From contig JAYWIR010000039.1 of the NCBI GenBank assembly GCA_036172245.1, forward strand, positions 1,798,001-1,862,000: DNA of 64,000 bases, read 5' to 3'. The translations under genes and the position numbers were made by a program. Numbering within the stretch: position 1 is the first letter of the stretch; each line of letters opens with the position of its first letter. Shown one piece after another: positions 38,615 to 51,961 of the stretch. This DNA comes from Raillietiella orientalis. Lineage: Eukaryota. The notes beneath the pieces were generated by a model. It worked only from the letters and a program-made list of their open reading frames with translations, was not told where the DNA came from and did no database searches.

Positions 38615-41600
38615 GGTGTGTGCATGATTAAACTCCTACTTTCTTGATTCCTTGGCATGTCAAATATTTATGTTTATCATAAACACAACAAAATTGAACA
38701 CATCTAACATATCAATAAAACAAATCAACCAAACTCAGCCAGAGTGCCTAAACCTATGAGATAATACTTTGGGAATAATCCAGTGTGCTTATTCTGTATC
38801 TTTAGTGATTTATGGATCGGAAGAAATTGCTCACTTTACATCACATATTGAATCAAAAAAATACTTAAATCCAATATTGCAATGTGAAATGAGTGTTTAA
38901 CTCATTCATTTTTCTTCCTTAATGCTTACAAATCTACTGTAAAATATAGCTTCATGCCAGATCCATCAATTAGAGATCATTGTCCATTATTTCCTTTATG
39001 CCCCTTCAGTAATTATTGCACAAATGCAAATTCATGTTGCTAAGAATCTTTGAGCAAAATATTTATTCCAAACATAGGATATATCAGTTGAATAACCTCA
39101 TCATGTACCTTCACTGGTTTCACAATAATCAACCACCTGATCATGCCTGCCAAGTTTTTGGCTATGTGAAAATTCCTACAGGTGAACTGTAAGTGCAAAC
39201 TGCTGTTAGCAGTTTGATTTACTTGAACCTTTTTAAAAAAGTTTACATTTTTTTTTGAAACTTTATCTGTGTATGGGATGTCTGCAATTCTTGATCTTTA
39301 AGTACAATGATTTATTGCATATATGAGTTCAAAGTAGCTGAAATCATGCCAAGTGGACCATTACTATAAGCAAGCAAGCAATCATTCTATAAAATATAAT
39401 TTACCTATTTTAAATTTTTGTAAGAGTAGTGTATCACTTTCACAAAAATGCCAAACGTCACTCTTGTTTTTGCTGTGCAATGATTTCTAACCTGCTAAGG
39501 AGCCACACTTAAGTCATCAAAGCTGCAAAGAGGTAATCCACATTCATAGATGTTAATGGACACCAAAGCAGCAGTTTTCATAACATTTCAATTAAGTACT
39601 CAAAAAAATGTTTAGGATTTCATGGACAACTTTCCATGAAATATCTTTGAATAGCTTTAATTTCTTTGTTCTTGCCATTTTCTTGCAACTGTGTTAAGTA
39701 CAAAGCTAAAAATCAATATGTACAACACAAGCTAAACTACCCAAATTAAGGTCACACAAAATACATAGAATGTTTTGTAAAATTTTATGCACATGGTAAG
39801 ATTTTCAAAGCTCTCAAAACAGTCAACTAAAAGAGGATGACTGAATGGACAGTTGTGTAACTTCATATTCCAATATGTTCTTGTTAATTTGGCAGATCCA
39901 TCCAAATACTGCTGCTTAATATGGGTTCATGATCATCACACACACAACCATTTACATTTGGACAAACTTTATGTGATTTTGAAAGAAACAAACAGGTAAA
40001 CATGTGGATGAAAAGAACTGTACTGCATTCCCATTTTTTTTTTAATGCTCATTAATGTTGGTAAGTATTTATGAATCTTTTTCTCCAATTTTTTTTTATG
40101 TAGCGATTTTTTTATATCACATTTTATCTTAGCAATTGAACTGTCGAAAAGCAGACTCCATATCATTTGATAATCTTTCCCACAAAAAATAATTCCTGTA
40201 TGTTTCCGATATTTGTGATAAGAGAAAATGAGTATCTCATTTCCAAATCTAACATTCAAAATATCTTCTGAGGGGATAGTAAAAATCAAGTGTCATAATT
40301 AATAGTTGTCACATTTTGCTTTTCTTGATTGATTAATGACAGATATTAGAATCACAAGAGACATAGTTTCATGTGCAATAAGATACAGCCTTGCCTAATA
40401 TTTTAGTCGGTATGAACATTTACATAAATGTTTCAAAAAATAAAAACGGCTTATCCAATGTGTATTTTTTCAAGATTCAACAAAGAATATGAAAAAAATA
40501 ACTAGCAACTTTCTTAGGTCTACATTCACAAAACTCATTTTGTTTCCGTCTTCTTCTTGCTGCTAATTTTAAAATAAACAGCAAGTCCTAATGCTGCAAA
40601 AGTTCCCAAGGAGGCAAGAGAGATCTGAAATACACACATGCTCAGTTCAAGGCTGGTACATTAAGCAAACGAATGCAACAAAAAATACAAACTGAAATAA
40701 AATCATGTAACAAAAATCAGATATAAAATACTTCGTATGGATAGTGCAGTACTCCAACTTACATTTCTTCTCCCCAATTCTGTGTAACTGTTGAAATATT
40801 TTTGAATTCCTGTAAAGTTGGGTTCATTTTCCCCACCAACACACATGTTCACACCTTAATGAACATGAATTAATATAAACATATCAGCATCAAAAGTTTT
40901 TGCTTTCTAAAGCAAAGAAATTGTCACAAATCAACTGAAGCACTTTTGCAACAAAATTTAAATTTACATTGTCTTATTAGAATGTCCAAAAAATTGCAAT
41001 TTTTACCCTTTTTTACGAAAACACGAAGGATGGCTTGCAGCAATACTAAATTACACGATCGACTTCAATCTTCCAGAAGCGTAAGTTCTGCTTTACTCGT
41101 TACCACCACAAAACCTTTTGTTGAATATTTTCTGTTTCTGAATTTAATATAATTTAAAAGGACAATGATAATAAAATTTCGATTCTCACCCTAAAGTGTA
41201 TACATATTTAAAAGAACTCTAAATTCGAAGTCACAAATTCATCATGTTTCTCCATGCTTCTCCATTGTTGATGAAAATGCAACAGACATCTCTGTGTGAC
41301 AAATCTGTTTCTTATAATCGATGTTCTCTGAAATGGTTAAGCTATCTCTCTTTCTCTTTTTTTTAGTGTGAACTTTTATTAGGATATGATATGGAAATGG
41401 TTTTGATACGATGACATTCATTTTAATTTTCGTCAATGTTGATAAATACTTATAAAACTTTTTCCCTATTATTTTCAATATAAATTTTCATTTGAAATTC
41501 ATTGTATGTCTTATGCTTTCAAATAATGGAATGACTGCTCTGGAGTGTTTTCAACTAACCACAGGAACCTTTCACTAGCCATCTTTTCTCTCATTAGAGA

Positions 41601-42583
41601 ACTCTGCAAGGTTGTGTCTTGAAATGATGAGCGGTTATTATTGCTTTTTGTAGGAAATGCAACTGTAGATGTAGTTTTGTGAATTTCTTTTGATGGACTC
41701 CATTTTACATTGAAAAGAGACTATGTTTTCTAACTATATTATTTGTTTATTGAGTTTTCATTTGTGACTTCAGCCCATCATGCATACAGCTATAGCTAAT
41801 GAGATATTGAATTCGTGTCAGTATCACCGTTTGTTGTTCATAGGAGCACTTCTGTTTTGATTCTTGTAAAGTGAAGTTAGCAAACGAAACCGTATTTCAT
41901 TAAGAAAATAACTAATGCTCCAGATGTACTGGACTGAAGAAGTGAATTGTTTGTTTCAGACCTCTAAGGAATGAAAGATTCCATTGATTAGTTAAAATTT
42001 CCTAATATGTAAAGTTAAAGTCGAATCTTTATTCACATTTTAGTTTATCTTACTGCAATGCGTTTCGAAACTTTTCCGTTCATAGCTTTTGCATTTTAGT
42101 AATCAAGATGCTTCTTGATGACTTGCTCTTTCTTACCGCTATGTCTACTTACTGATTATCCACCAATTGTTTTCATAACTACTTCCTCCAATGCACTTTT
42201 TTTTCTTTTTTCAGTAACATTTCGTCAATGGTTCTACTCTAAAACAATTCTAGAATTGCATTTCCTTTCTTTAAAGAGATGGTATATTATGAGAATTAAT
42301 TGCCAGATTTTAAAAATTACCGTGGATATCTGATCTATAGAGGCCATAGAGTAAAGTATTTAATTGAGCTGCTGAATGTTCAAGAGATTCTCTTATTAAT
42401 ATGAATCTGATTTGATGCTAAAATAAACCTACTGTATTTTGATTGTCATAGTGGCATTCTATTTGTTGTTGATACTAATTCTCTTTATCGCAAGCTATAT
42501 CTCATCCTTAAAAGATTAAGAACTGAGATTTTAAGAATTATTTTTCCTTTAATTGCATATGGCAAGCAAGTTATGAAAACCAT

Positions 42584-43246
42584 CTACTTTTTAGTCAGTT
42601 TCTTTAACCACCTATGGTTGTTGTGCAGTTGGTTTTGCCCATTTTCTTTGGTTTTACCCGTGTTTCTGAGACACATCATGTCCTGGAAACATACGTCCCA
42701 GCCATCTATCCTATATTTCTTTCTCCTGATGAATGTACCATTCAAGTCCTGTAGTTCCTCAGAGAAAGGCATTTTTCGAGTTCCTTGTCGAAAAAAGCCT
42801 ATTACAAAAATCTCGTCTCTAGAGGAGCTCGGAGGATCAATGGGTACCAGAACACAAGTTCTTTCTGTCTCATATTCTTCAGTCAGTCATCGTAACTGCG
42901 GAGGCACACTTTTCAGAAAAGCAATCCTGCTTTTCCCCTCAAAGTAACAAAACTCTGTCGACATCATGCTTTTCCTAAACCAAATACGCTACATGTCTGT
43001 CTTCGGTGGCATCAGCAAAATCCGGTTTCCGACCTTTCATTTTTGACGGCAGGAGGAGAAAAGTGAGAGTTGCCTGAAAATCAGTCTCAGAATCTCAGGT
43101 GTGAGAATGGAGTTTATGATTACATTATCTGCATCCTCGACACTGTAAAGCAAATCTCGAGAGATCCGATCCTCGTTCCAGATGTTTTCCAGCTGGGAGA
43201 AGAAGCTTTTCCTTAGTCTTTTCTCTCCCAGGAACGAATCTTGCAA
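42584..43246 (-). pseudogene. F-box-like pseudogene candidate
   Basis: INSILTPEILRLIFRQLSL...CRQK*K resembles the F-box consensus. One frame runs 221 codons with internal stops at 43037, 42989 and 42887. Confidence 0.35.
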
Positions 43247-46200
43247 GAGTTCTCCTTGGAATTAAAACACTGAAAAGCTGGAGAAGCAGCCTCTTCGGTT
43301 TTCAAACCTTCGTCCCTCCGAGCCAAGTAAGCCACAGACTCCACCCTCAGTCCAGAACCTTCGAGCAGTTCGAAGCATGGGTGCCATCTCAAGTTGGTGT
43401 CCTCCGAAGCCGGTCTTTATTCCTAGTCTTGAACATGAACATGATCTTACACGAACATGACATTACATGAACAGGACCTTAGCTGAGCCATATGTCGGAT
43501 AGGGTAAGAGGGATGGGAACTTAACTAGAGGAGTCTAGTCGCCGTTCATAGACGTGGAATGCATACAATGGATTATCAGAGCTTCCCTACCCCTAAGGAG
43601 AAAGGAGGAAAAGAAAATGTGGTACTCAAGCAGAACTGAACTCTAAGGAAAGGCTCCATCAGCTATATCGTGTGTGTACCTGGCAGATGCAAAAAAATAA
43701 AATAAAATAAAAGCAGTTTGTCCCCAGGGATCAGAGAATAGAAGCTGACTGCTGGACCGTTCTGAAAGCTCGTAACCCGAAGTGGTGCCTGCACCCCAAC
43801 TCTTACGCATCTAGGATTGGAGGACTCTCCCGCTTCAGGAACTCTCTCCACCTTCAAAAAAGTCCATCGCGGCTGATCTCGGCGACCTTGAAGCATGCTG
43901 GACAACCTCACCAGGGTAGTGGGTGGGTGGCCTTTCCTAAAAGAGAAGGCTTTCTTCTTTGCTCCCTTTTCTTTGTGAGAGACTGAATTGGTAAGTTCAT
44001 CCCTTAGAGAGAAGACGTCGTTCTGCCACGGCACATTCCCTGCAAGAAACGAGCCATCTTGGATAATCATCTGGTACCACCTGGAAATGAAAGGGAACAG
44101 CATCGGAGTTACTATACACGAATAGCAGAATACACATCCTCTGCCCTCAGGTCGCGTATTCCACGTTGCGTACCGGGGGACGCCCAAGGTCACGTCGTCC
44201 TGCTGGTCATCTCGTACAAAACAGCGCAGGCAGGTACGCACGCCACTCCCACGCGGAAAAGGCGTGGCGCCAAGGTGGAACGCATGGTTCGCGCTTCACC
44301 GCTGGCGCGTGCGCTATCTCCATGACGCAATCCATGTCGGCTCAACTTCCTCTCTCACTGCCTCACGCTTGGAGCAAGAAGAGGAGACTGTGCGAGACGG
44401 ACACATATTCGGACACACGTCACGAACCAACAGTGAGAGTCACCCACAACGAAAATCAGAACACGGCAGTACGAGGAGGAAACGATCAGTGTGAGGGAAG
44501 CATTTCCGGCCAGGTGATGTGAGCGCGAGAGCAAAAGCTGAAGATTTGCTACCGAAAAATTCCCTCAAACCAGCAACCAGAGTTGTGTTGGTCTGACTGC
44601 CACTCTAACTTGCAGGGGGTAGCACACACTCTTCTTGTATTTATCTCATCATACAGGAAAAAAACTTCTTCCCTGTAGATCACACCGTTCATGCAGTAAA
44701 CGAACTCCAGACAACTACATAGATGCCGCGATTCGGTTGCCTGTCTAATTTTTTCTGGATGTTTTCTATGGAGTGCTATAGAACTCCAGTAAAACTCAGT
44801 GTTAGAAATAGCAGAAGAAACATAGTACCCACGATAGACGTAAAGTGACAGATTCAGTCACCCATCTCACTGTTTCCTAGTCTCAGCTAGCATAATCATG
44901 GTCGACGTTCATTTAGAATAAGATATTTCATAAAAGTAGAAGTTGCTCACGTGAAATATTTTGCTGCAAAGTGGAATCATTTTCTGACTTCATTATATGA
45001 ATTTCCGAATCACAAAATTGTAAGTATTGAAGGCAATTAAGTAGGATGAACGAAAACTTTGAAAGGAAGCATTCAGAGAATCAGAAAACCGAAAACTGTC
45101 TGTCCCGCAGACGCAGAATTGTCTGCGTCTTTTTATTTCTCGTTCTTTCGTTTCTTTTCTACATCGACAGTTGTTTTGCACATTGACATTCTTCCCTTTA
45201 ATCCCGCAAGGATATACTTTTGCGAAGGTCTTCATGGGGAATCACTGGGCTGCAAGTTGAGATCATTAAACTGATCGTTTTCCTGCTTATCTTAGTCCGT
45301 TATATTCGTAGGAAGTGCACTCTTCTCAAGCAGAGATGAGAAGATGTGCCCACAAGCAATATTTTCAACTTACGCACTGGAGAGAATCTATTTAACACGA
45401 AAAAACAGACCGTGCTGTGATTGTGTGTGTGTGTGTTTCAATGAAGTTTGTTTGAAATCAGCCACATTGAATTCTTGCAGCTTCCCCGATGTGCATCCGA
45501 AATCTTGAAGTTATTCGAATTAAGTTCCAATCAGTGTGGCTGAATAGGAGGTGCATTTTAAGTAGAGGTTTGTCTAGTTTGTTTTTTCCCTGGAAAATTT
45601 TTGAAAAAAATGCAAAACGAAGCACAAAAAACTGGTAAGAAGTGATGGATGGTGACGCCTATGAGGCAAGACAGGAGTGTAGGACAAAGAAATTTCATGA
45701 AGAACGTAACCAAAAGTGGTGATGGCTTGAAGGGAGAACCAACCTTTTACTGAGAGATTTCAGTATTGATGAAGCAAAAGCACATCGGATTTCTTGCAAA
45801 CTCCATTAAGAAGGAAGTTGAACTTATCGTTTTATTTGGGTCCGCCAGCCTTCAAGACATGTGAAAATTTCCATGAAATAGTCAGCTTGGGATCATTCCT
45901 TAAAAGTAATTACATGAACAGGGCCTTAGAAGCAGTATATTATGGAAATCATCTTTTGTTGTTGTTGTTCTAAATGCAACTATAAAAAAAGAGTTATTCG
46001 AATACCGCTTCATTCTATTTTTCTGTTGCTGACGGGGATTCCAATGGATTCAAAAGAGTACTCAGATGACTACATGTATGCAAGCAAAATTTCGTGCTTC
46101 TGCCAAATCCAATATCACGCTTAGTGCAACAGAACATGTTCTTTTCTGGAATATCCGTCTCTACACGCGTTTTTTCTTAGATTGCTTCCAGGCAATTTAA

Positions 46201-47880
46201 TATGCCAAATGGCTAAACTTCCCGTGACGCTTCTGTATCTCCCATCGTTCGAATGTCAAGGGTGAGTTTCGATGGGATTCGCCCTCGGTCAGATAGGTAT
46301 ACCTATTTCTCCTTGTTATCTTTACTTTGGCCTCCAAGCAGAACTCGATTAGGGATCATTTTCGTTTGGTGACAGTGAGCTTCCCTGATTCCTTTTTTTC
46401 TGTTTTTTACCATGCATCTGGGTCAAATTTCTCTTGTTCTTACCCAAAATAGTGAAAATACCTTAAGCTTCCGATAACTTCATCCAGACATCGGGACTGT
46501 TTGCTTCGCTTCATTCCAGGAGCACAGAATCTGATCGGAAATCATGAGAACGTCAGCGTCCTTGCAGGTGAGAAAAGGTCCTCCAGTTGCTAAAATCTAA
46601 GAATGGGTTAAAAATGTAAATCCGCTGCAGTAAAAGACACTAAATGGTCAGGCCACCAATCTCTTGACTTGAAACCTGAACTTGTAATGATTGACTAAGT
46701 GAAAAATTCCAGAAATGCTGTTTCAGAGCCAAAAATATAGAGGAATAGAACGGTACGATTTCGGGGACCATGCAATCCAAAGGAATACGATGCTTCAGAA
46801 GGACGGACGAACTTGTCTTTTCCAAAAGATCCGAAGTATTAGAAAAACGGAACAGCAAATAGGAGTAAGGTGCAATGATCCGGAAAACCTGATCCGCAAC
46901 CATGGCAACAATCAGCGAATTGAAGCGGCAAGCATTAAGAGTGGCATTTCGACAGACAACCTGCAATTCAATAGCTGCACCTTTTGATGATTCGATGGAA
47001 TTGTAGTTCTCGAATGAGTTTCAAATAGAAAGTGGCAATGACTCAGAATGAGGGTTCTTAGAAGAAAAGATAACTTGTGATCGGACCGCCTACTCCTTCA
47101 TTAGCAAATTGGAAACCTGTTTTTCTTTCGAATTAAGTTTCTCCGTGCAGGTATCGGAGGTCGAGTCGAGCTAATCGGTTCCCTTTGTGTGCTTAATATG
47201 TTAATCATTTTTCTTTGTGTGTGTGTGCTGCATCCTCAAGTGTGCGGTACATGGTGTCATGGGCTGCCTCCTTTCGGCAATGGCTTCTTAAAGTTTGGCC
47301 ACAAGCTATCTCAAAAGGTCAGCTGAATCTTTTCCTCCTCTATCTTTTTTATTCTTGTTTATCTTTTTAAATCTTTTCTTCCAGCTCAAATCTCCCATTT
47401 TACAGACAATCAAGGCAGCTGTTTTAGCAGCATCAGAAAAAGGAGCTGGACTTTCCAGATGAAACCAAAGATTGCTTTCGTTTCGATACTTCTTTTTATG
47501 TACGTCGATTTTATTTCTGAGATGCAGACTTTTTCAAGGATGACTTCTTTAACCCGTTACCTCCGTCGCATAGCTGTTCTCCGGCTGAAATGCTTTGGGG
47601 GATGCTCACTCCACGTGCAAAAGGAGGCCATGGTTCCCATCAGACTTGAATTTTTGGAGACTTCCTGAAGTTAAAGGAATTCACCTTGCGGGTTGCTTTT
47701 TTCTACGACACGGTGAGCTTCTTCACTGGTCTTCCAATCCCAGATTTACCCGAAGATCATTGAGCCGGTCTGCCAGGTTCCGTGTTCCATCAGGATGCTT
47801 TCGGTACTGTGGAGCAGAAACTGCAACGCGGAAATTGCATGTCCATCCTTTCTTTCTTATGGATGTAGTACCTTCGGTCC

Positions 47881-48118
47881 TTTCAGAGCACGTGGCGTTT
47901 TCTCTCAGCTTACTAGATCAAAGCGAGGCGACTCGAAGAGAACGCGCCTTTCGGCTACTGAGCAGCCTTGCCGTGCTCCGTGTGCTCGAGACCCAGTCAG
48001 CTGAGAGAAAACGCCACGTGCTAGGAAACGTTCGCAGTGTGTGCGTGCGCGCACACACTGCGAACTTTTCTTCCTCAAGCACGGCTTGAGGACCGGGTCT
48101 GTACGCTGGGTTGCAAAC
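47881..48118 (+). repeat. Dispersed repeat copy 1, with internal inverted insertion at about 47991-48062
   Basis: Shares TTTCAGAGCACGTGG, GCGACTCGAAGAG, CCTTTCGGCTACTGAGCA, TGCTCCGTGTGCTCGAGA and CTTGAGGACCGGGTC, in the same order, with 49922-50117. Confidence 0.9.
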
Positions 48119-48133
48119 CAAGCCCGCGTCGGA

Positions 48134-48206
48134 GGCTTTGTGGCTAACGGTAGTCTCCGCGCGTGGTACCACCAAGCGTCGCGGGTTCGAATATTCCCTA
48201 AAGAAA
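48134..48206 (+). pseudogene. Degenerate tRNA-like sequence (pseudo-tRNA or SINE head)
   Basis: GGCTTTG then A-box-like TGGCTAACGGTAG, then GTCGCGGGTTCGAAT at tRNA-like spacing (T8 to G53 = 44 nt). The anticodon arm and T-stem are disrupted. Confidence 0.3.
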
Positions 48207-49921
48207 TCCACGCAGTGAGTCGCAGGTTCGAGTTCCTTCTGCAAGATGACGCTGATTGCCTACGTTCATTCGGGTGCGGCACTGGTAGCGGTTAAAAGCG
48301 GATGCCCCTGATGAGGGCCGGGACAACGGAAGTCGACCTTCAAGTCCTTCCAGGAATCAAGGAGTGGGAGTTTCTTCCCAGTCAGTTGTGCAAAGGAGAG
48401 CGGGCTTCCCAGTTTGGAAGACATTCCATTCTCCCTTGGAGCTTCTTGCATCCCAGCCTCGACACAGGAACGGTGTTCCCATAGGAAAACCACCGCTTGT
48501 GGAGTCTCCTGAGACGCCGCGAGTCTTGGCAACCTGACACGAGCTAACCGAGGAGCAGGGAGAGGTTCCTTGGATTCCGCGCTTGAGATCTACAAGCAGG
48601 AGGGGTTACGAAGCTTTGATTCGTCGAGGACCCCTTTCCATCCCGTTCAGTTCGGCGACAGACCGCAACGCACAACTCGCCTCTCTACTGGAAGGCAAAC
48701 CCATCGGAAAAGTCGTTTCGATCCCCTGCCACTTTTGGGCTCGGGAGGAGCTTTCCTGTTCTGCTTGCTCCTTGCTGCCTCACCGAACCTACCCGCACTT
48801 AGTCGAAGTCTCCGTCGCGCGGGCAGCCGGAGCAGTGAGTTTCAGGAGTCCTCCTCGATCCACCGTAGTGGTCTTCGTTCGCTCCGCGGAGTCGCGAGAC
48901 GGGGGGAGAGCTCTGAGACTCCGTCGTCTGCCGCTGGGTCAAAACAAGCGCTCAGAGTCACGGATTGAGGACGCGTCCGGAAGGTGCTGCCCTTCAGCCG
49001 ACAGTGTACCCCACGGAGGGCATCCCTGCTCGCGGAGAGGAACAGCACAGTCTCGGCTCACAAATTCTCCGGGATCGTGCCTCGCAGGTCTTCTCGTGCG
49101 TGCAGAGCATCTGCTGCTCCGGGTCGCGGCGCTCTGCTCTGCATCCTCGCCGTTCTTTTCGCCTGCGTTTTGGATGAACGGTGGCAACCGTCCTGGACGG
49201 GGGTTAGGGAGGTTGATCCGGGAAGCGTCTCGCATGGGTTCATCGGAAAAATTTTCCGGATCCTCGTCGAGATCACGTCGCTGCCTGCAACACGCCTGCT
49301 GCGTGACCTTACCCACCTCCCGGATATCGGAATTCTGAGCTTCCGCTTCGTGTCAAGCTCGCGCATTCCTCGGTATCCCGCGAAGCCAGGTCGTTCCTCA
49401 GCAGCCCCGCCGGACCACATCCTGCCTGTCGAGCTGGCGGAATTCTGCCCGGTCGCGCTGGGGATGTGATGACTCATAGCGCGCGGTCACGAAATCTGCG
49501 GTTTGGCAAGTCCATGCGGAATGGCTTCGATGGAGCCGCGGCGCACCTTTCGTCCCGAAGGGCGACGAGGCTGCAGCTTCGGGAAGACAAAGAAGGCATC
49601 CAGAGTCCTCTCCAAGGGAAGCATCTTTCCCATGTATCGTTAGGCTCTCTGATGCCTTGTCGTCAGCGCATGCAGTAGAAGTCGAAGGAGAGGCCGTTCG
49701 TCCCTACTCGCCCAACTTCGTTTTCCACCCGCGTGGCGAGCGATCGGAACATCGTTCGAGGAGTGCCCAGGGAAATGTTTCCAAGTTCATTCGGGATGTA
49801 AATTACCTTCCCTGAGATGCAGCCGATCGCTGAGGTCACTCTACCGCCTATACTTCACTCACTCCTCCGTCCTGGACCCCACGTCCAGTGCGGATCCCTG
49901 GCCTCAGAGTACACGCACGAA

Positions 49922-50117
49922 GCGCGCACGCACACACTGCGAACGTTTCAGAGCACGTGGAGTTTTCTCTCAGCTGACTGGGTCAAAGCGAAGCGACTCG
50001 AAGAGCACCTTTCGGCTACTGAGCACCTTTGCCATGCTCCGTGTGCTCGAGAAACTTTTCTCCCTCAAGCACGCGAAGCACGACTTGAGGACCGGGTCCG
50101 TAAGCTGGGATGCAAAC
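49922..50117 (+). repeat. Dispersed repeat copy 2 (unrearranged form, about 195 bp)
   Basis: Direct alignment by eye to 47881-48118. Confidence 0.9.
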
Positions 50118-51864
50118 GAAACGCGCCACTGGGACCCTTTCTTCCTCTCTTCAAGCGCTGCAAGAACGTGCGCCGAGGTCGAGCAACGCTCACCGTCACC
50201 ATCAGTGTCTCAGGAAGATTTTCTGGGGGTTAGAATAAGTCAGAGAGTAAGTGGGATTTATGGGACTAGTAGGTCATGTGCATGCACAGTGCACGTGCTC
50301 CTCGCATGCACGAGTGACGTTTCTGGCAAGAGAGACCAGCGCTGCCACCCTGCAACCAGTTTTCGTTTCCTCGAAAGATCTGAAGATGGCATGACCGTGC
50401 CTCGAACGAGAGCTCGGCTTCCTCGACGACAACGCAAAGCCTCCGCGTCCGCGGAACAGATTCCTCCCGGATGACCACAGAGTTTGGAGGGAGGCCTTGA
50501 GAGACTGCTAGTCGTGGAGGTCAAGGTCTTCTGGTGGATTCTGCGAATGGCTGCTCCGGAATGTCGCGGGATGATGTGCCATTCAGCCAGGAGGCTAGCG
50601 GGGAAGGGGAGTGCATGTACCAGAGGAGGGCAATGTTCGTTCGTATTACGCCACAACCACACCGTTGGTTGTGGAGTGATACGGACACGGGTTGGATCCT
50701 CTTCGTCCGTGGGAATCGCCTTCATGGGTCCGTTTCTTCCTCCTGCTCTGTCTTTCTGGGAGAGTCGCTCGTAGTATTCTTTTGCGATTCCCTTCGGCAA
50801 AAATGCCTCATGCCAATTCTCTCTGTGGCTCGCGCACTTTGGAAGCCTCACAAGGTTAGCCCGGAGTTTGCTAGTCTTGCGGCCCTCTTTGCATCGCTCC
50901 GCCCGCCAGGGTTTTCTCCCTTCTTTCCCGTGGTGGTCCGGAAGAGCTCCCGTCGGCACACAAGGAGGAAGCTCCGGGCTGAACCGACCTTTCGTCGGTT
51001 CTCCCAAGTCTCAGGCTAGCCTCAGGTGGAAGGGAGCGGCGTGCGTTTTTCCGCCTACGCCGCGTCAACTCGAACGCAGTTCGTCTGCGACAACCTGGCT
51101 GTGAAACGCGGCCGCGAAGGATAGGAAACCTTTCGCAGGTGCACTGCACTTCCGCATGATGGATGGACGCAGCGAGCGCGTCCGTCTGCCGAACCAGCGA
51201 ACGGATTGCAGGCCTGCATTTTCTCCCAGCTTCGAACCTCCGCTTCCGGGAAGGATGCCCACAGCGATGCTTACAGAAGACGGCAACGGTCTCGGCCTCA
51301 TCCTCTGAGGAGGCTGCAGCATCTCGCGATGGACCGATCTGCGGGGCGAGTCGCACCGGACCTTGATTTCGAGCACCGTGCGTTTCCGTTTCCATGTTTC
51401 CGCTGCTACACATTTGAGTTTTGAAAACGAAATGCGGTGCAACGAGCTGATTGGGCAGCCTAGCAGCCTCCACATGTGTGCCGTGTCAGCTGGCTACTCT
51501 TCGCGCAAACCCTGCAGCTCTCCTTTGCGATTGCTGCTGGTACGGACGTTCGTAAACACGCGCGCTTGCCTGTGACAAGGTCAGCAACGAGTATTTCCCC
51601 TCTCCCAAACCACCTGCAGCATGGACGACTTGACCGATCACGTGATCGTGACCCGCGCTGTCCTCACGGAGCGTTGGGGCTCGAAATCGAAAGTTCCTTC
51701 CCGTTTTATTTGGGGGGATCTCCTTTTTTATTTATGGAAACTTTCGCGAAGGAATCCCTCCCCTCTTCCCTTCCGACGAATACAACCGTCCGTTTCGTTC
51801 TGCCAATTCTCTCCTTCCTCGCCTCCCCGAAACGAATGCGCGAGGAGGTCCGCTGGCTCCGGAG

Positions 51865-51907
<43 letters not shown>
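51865..51907 (+). repeat. Poly(A) tract, 43 nt
   Basis: Uninterrupted A run. Confidence 0.9.
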
Positions 51908-51911
<4 letters not shown>

Positions 51912-51915
51912 TTCC

Positions 51916-51961
51916 TGCAATCATCGAGCGAGGATGATTGCAATCATCGAGCGAGGATGAT
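51916..51961 (+). repeat. Tandem duplication of a 23-nt hairpin-forming unit
   Basis: TGCAATCATCGAGCGAGGATGAT twice. Confidence 0.9.

Noticed and set aside
45259..45278. Resemblance to bantam miRNA (TGAGATCATT); also partial at 38598
   Set aside because: No full mature match and no precursor-length hairpin.
46640..46987. Overlapping 108-aa and 90-aa ORFs with nearby splice-like signals
   Set aside because: Could not be extended into a coherent gene.
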